From: Paracoccaceae bacterium
GTDB lineage: Bacteria > Pseudomonadota > Alphaproteobacteria > Rhodobacterales > Rhodobacteraceae
DNA: 64,000 nt
Direction of reading: 5' to 3'
Assembly: GCA_028285485.1 (NCBI GenBank)
Contig: JANQPC010000107.1
Location: 784-64,783, forward strand
Shown here: positions 59,818-64,000 of the stretch, one piece after another
Layout: the number at the start of each line of letters is the position of its first letter
Numbering within the stretch: position 1 is the stretch's first letter
The notes under the pieces: model-generated
The model's input: the letters and a program-made list of their open reading frames with translations, nothing else
Database searches by the model: none
Told to the model about the DNA's origin: nothing
Program-made: the position numbers and the translations under genes

Positions 59818-59818
<1 letters not shown>
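59588..59818 (-). CDS. Small two-TM membrane protein (DUF2842-like)
   Basis: 76 aa with 'RRRWSLVILVIGLPTYIV...LLVYVGLGILWALP'. Its ATG overlaps the purA stop (ATGA at 59818). Confidence 0.6.
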
Positions 59819-61110
<1,292 letters not shown>

Positions 61111-61258
61111 TCATCCCTCCGCCATCCGGCCAGCGCCATCAAACCACCGCGCGCCCTATAGCGATCCTGCCACGGCGGCGAAACCGCCAATTGCCGGGCG
61201 CTGGACAGGCCGCGCCCCAGCCGCCAATGATCGGGCAGGTTTGAGGAGATCCGTGCCG

Positions 61259-61654
61259 ATGGGCTTTATCCTGCGCTGGCTGGTGGCGTTCGTGCTGCTG
61301 GCGCTTACCTTCAACCCGACCGAGTTCAACTATATCCGCTGGGCCGAGCGCGGGGCGGAGGGGCAATTGCCGCTCGTGGTGCTTGCCGGTCTGGTGCTGT
61401 TTGCAGGTTACGTGATCTACCTGCGTGCCACCTTCCGGTCGATCGGCGTGTTCGGGATCGGGCTGGTGGCCGCAATTTTCGCGGCGCTGATCTGGGTTCT
61501 GATCGATTACGGCATTCTCAGCCTCGAAAACCGCGGCTTCACCACCTGGCTTGGCATTATTGCCCTCTCGCTCGTTCTGGGGATCGGGCTCTCATGGTCC
61601 ATCGTCCGGCGGCGGCTGACGGGGCAGACGGATGTGGATGATATCGACGAATAG
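61259..61654 (+). CDS. Hypothetical 4-TM membrane protein
   Basis: 131 aa from the ATG at 61259, 'MGFILRWLVAFVLLALTFNP...', with four hydrophobic segments. Confidence 0.55.
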   Translation: MGFILRWLVAFVLLALTFNPTEFNYIRWAERGAEGQLPLVVLAGLVLFAGYVIYLRATFRSIGVFGIGLVAAIFAALIWVLIDYGILSLENRGFTTWLGIIALSLVLGIGLSWSIVRRRLTGQTDVDDIDE

Positions 61655-61722
61655 GCCCGCCCCGGTGGCGCGGCGCCCGATTGTGAAGTGACAGCGGGCG
61701 CGTGATCTGGCCACATGGGCCC

Positions 61723-62529
61723 ATGCGATGGCTCGCCCTCATCTTCGCCCTTTCTGCGGGCCCCCTGCTGGCCGAAGAGGTGGATGTCGAGCTGTTCCTG
61801 GCGGTCGACGTGTCACGATCGATGACCCCGGCGGAACTGGAGATTCAGCGCCGGGGCTATGCCGAGGCCCTGCGCTCGGACGATGTGATTCAGGCCATCG
61901 AGGGCGGGCTAATCGGGGCCGTTGCCATTTCCTACGTGGAATGGGCGGGCCAGGTTTCGCAGCGCGAAATCGTGCCATGGACAATCGTGCGCAGCCGCGC
62001 CGAGGCCGAGGCGCTCGCCGATGCGCTGACCAACCGTTTCAACCCTTCGCTTCGGCGCACTTCGATCTCGGGCGCGCTGATCTTTGCCGCCAACAGCATC
62101 GCCAATAACGATATCACCGGGCTTCGGCGGGTGATCGATATCTCGGGCGACGGGCCCAATAACGATGGCCGCCCGGTGACCCGCGCCCGCGACGCGGTGC
62201 TTGCCCAGGGCATCACGATCAACGGGTTGCCGTTGATGACGCGCGACGGGCTGAACGATCGCTGGCATCTTGAAGATCTCGATGCCTACTACCGCAACTG
62301 CGTAATCGGCGGCCCCGGCGCCTTTGCGATCCCGGTTCTAACCTGGGATCAGTTCGCGCTCGCGGTGCGGCGCAAGCTTGTGCTTGAGATCTCGGGCCGG
62401 ATGCCCACAGGGCCGCAGCGCGCCACGCTGATCCCCGCGCAATATCGCGGCGGCGATGTGACCCCCTATGATTGCCTGATCGGCGAGAAGATATGGGAGA
62501 GAAACCGCCGCTATTGGGAGGGGCCTTGA
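61723..62529 (+). CDS. DUF1194 (vWA-like) domain protein, secreted
   Basis: Signal peptide '[17 protein letters not shown]' and a MIDAS-like 'LAVDVSRSM'. '[10 protein letters not shown]' is typical of the family. Confidence 0.7.
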   Translation: MRWLALIFALSAGPLLAEEVDVELFLAVDVSRSMTPAELEIQRRGYAEALRSDDVIQAIEGGLIGAVAISYVEWAGQVSQREIVPWTIVRSRAEAEALADALTNRFNPSLRRTSISGALIFAANSIANNDITGLRRVIDISGDGPNNDGRPVTRARDAVLAQGITINGLPLMTRDGLNDRWHLEDLDAYYRNCVIGGPGAFAIPVLTWDQFALAVRRKLVLEISGRMPTGPQRATLIPAQYRGGDVTPYDCLIGEKIWERNRRYWEGP

Positions 62530-62560
62530 CCTCCCTTGCGGGGCTGTCACAACAGCGCCC

Positions 62561-63610
62561 ATGGCAACGGGCACACTTACGGTGGATCTCGATGCGCTGG
62601 TGGCGAACTGGCGCGCGCTGGATGCGCTAAGCGGCGCCGGGGTGGAAACCGGGGCCTGCGTGAAGGCCGATGGCTACGGGCTGGGCGCGGCGCGGGTGGC
62701 GCGCGCGCTGGCCGGGGCCGGGGTGCGGCGCTTCTTCGTGGCGGTGGCCGAGGAAGGCGCGGCGATCCGCCAGGCGCTTGGGCCGGGGCCGGAGATCTGC
62801 GTGTTCTCGGGCCATATGCGCGGCGATACAGACATGATCGGCGATCTCGATCTGACGCCGATGCTGAATTCCGTAGATCAGTTGACCCGGCACTTCGAGG
62901 CGCTGCCGGGCCACGCCTTCGGCGTTCAGCTTGATACCGGCATGAACCGGCTGGGCATGGAGCCCGCCGAATGGGGAGCGGTGCGCGAGATCGCGCTCGC
63001 GCGCGGGCCCGCGCTGGTGATGAGCCATCTCGCCTGCGCCGATGAGCCCCGCCACGAGATGAACGCCAAACAGCTTGCGGTGTTTCGAGAAATGGTGGCG
63101 GGTATCGAGGCACCGCTCTCGCTTGCCGCCACGGGCGGGATCCTGCTGGGAGCGGAATACCACTTCGATATCACCCGGCCCGGGATCGGGCTTTATGGCG
63201 GGCAGCCCTTTGCCGAGGCCCGGCCCGTGGCGCAGCTTTCGCTGCCGGTGATCCAGACGCGGCCGCTCGCCATGGGCGAGACGGTGGGCTACGGCAACAG
63301 CTTTGTGGCGCAGCGCGCGGCGACGATTGCCACCGTTTCGGCCGGCTATGCCGATGGGCTGATCCGCGCCATGGGCGGGGTCGCCCAGCTTTATCATGGG
63401 CCAACCCCCTGCCCGCTGGCCGGCCGTGTTTCCATGGATCTGCTGACGGTGGATGTAACTGATCTGCCGGAGGTGCCGCAGATGCTTGATATCCTGGGGC
63501 CGGATCAGACGGTGGATAGCCTGGCCGAGGCCGCAGGCACGATCGGCTACGAGATCCTGACCGCGCTTGGCGCCCGCTACACCCGCCGCTACCTGGAGCC
63601 TGCCGCATGA
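62561..63610 (+). CDS. alr: Alanine racemase
   Basis: PLP-lysine motif '[10 protein letters not shown]' and 'GYADG'. 349 aa. Confidence 0.9.
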   Translation: MATGTLTVDLDALVANWRALDALSGAGVETGACVKADGYGLGAARVARALAGAGVRRFFVAVAEEGAAIRQALGPGPEICVFSGHMRGDTDMIGDLDLTPMLNSVDQLTRHFEALPGHAFGVQLDTGMNRLGMEPAEWGAVREIALARGPALVMSHLACADEPRHEMNAKQLAVFREMVAGIEAPLSLAATGGILLGAEYHFDITRPGIGLYGGQPFAEARPVAQLSLPVIQTRPLAMGETVGYGNSFVAQRAATIATVSAGYADGLIRAMGGVAQLYHGPTPCPLAGRVSMDLLTVDVTDLPEVPQMLDILGPDQTVDSLAEAAGTIGYEILTALGARYTRRYLEPAA

Positions 63611-64000
63611 ACCTTGTTGCCGCCCTTGGCCGGTTCGTGATGACGATCATGGCCGTCATAGGCTCCATCGCGATCTATGCGGTGCAGACGATCAGCCATT
63701 TCGCGCGCCCGCCTTTCTACCCCCGCGAGTTCGTGATGCAGCTGGGCCTGATTGGCTATCTCAGCCTGCCTGTGGTGGGGCTCACGGCGCTTTTCACCGG
63801 TGGCGCGCTGGCGCTTCAGATCTATGCAGGCGGCGCGCGGTTCAACGCGGAAACCGTTGTTCCCTCAATCGTGGCCATCGGGATTGTGCGGGAGCTTGGG
63901 CCTGTACTCGGCGGGCTGATGGTGGCAGGCCGCGTGGCCGCCTCGATCGCTGCAGAGATCGGAACGATGAAGGTGACCGAGCAGATCGATGCGCTAACCA
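63607..64000 (+). CDS. mlaE: MlaE-family ABC transporter permease, N-terminal part (3' end lies outside the window)
   Basis: My own translation from the ATG that overlaps the alr TGA (ATGA): '...[38 protein letters not shown]', typical of MlaE. It is absent from the ORF track because no stop lies in the window. Confidence 0.8.
   Translation, partial: MNLVAALGRFVMTIMAVIGSIAIYAVQTISHFARPPFYPREFVMQLGLIGYLSLPVVGLTALFTGGALALQIYAGGARFNAETVVPSIVAIGIVRELGPVLGGLMVAGRVAASIAAEIGTMKVTEQIDALT

Overview
High-GC (about two-thirds G+C by eye) alphaproteobacterial chromosomal core region; gene content and order look Rhodobacterales-like. It is almost fully coding and carries mostly housekeeping genes. From left to right: gltX (5' cut by the window), gltA, ccmH-ccmF and ccmE, argC, murI, a fused indolepyruvate:ferredoxin oxidoreductase with a divergent LysR regulator, iscA-like, tpiA, a split Fe3+ ABC locus, rlmE, ppx, dksA, a MoxR ATPase, the complete pstSCAB-phoU-phoB operon with phoR and a triple Pho box, gmk, yicC, a class II DAHP synthase, an MttB-family methyltransferase, an FtsX-type ABC exporter with attH-like and PNPOx-like genes, an FAD-oxidoreductase::SelD fusion, a di-haem peroxidase, purA, alr and the start of mlaE. 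I saw no rRNA or tRNA genes, CRISPR arrays, transposases or integrases. The many long Arg/Ala/Pro/Gly-rich ORFs that run antisense to recognisable genes are treated as GC artefacts. The most interesting observations are these. (1) A gene-transfer-agent-type endolysin/3-TM-holin pair sits between ccmE and ccmF. It continues into three further translationally coupled small or membrane ORFs, two of which the ORF track does not list as separate ORFs, and a CtrA half-site lies upstream. (2) A perfect alphaproteobacterial SOS box sits directly in front of an orphan 126-codon remnant of the DnaE2 C-terminal OB fold, with no imuA or imuB. (3) A terminator-bounded structured element with two single-stranded CCUCC motifs may be an sRNA or a leader. 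(4) A PAS_5/DUF1457 gene seems to need a +1 frame change to stop at a CTAG shared with the convergent DAHP synthase gene. (5) A 335-bp GC-rich non-coding gap lies downstream of phoB. All product names come from motif recognition by eye. No database search was run, and many start codons are inferred from SD spacing and are uncertain.
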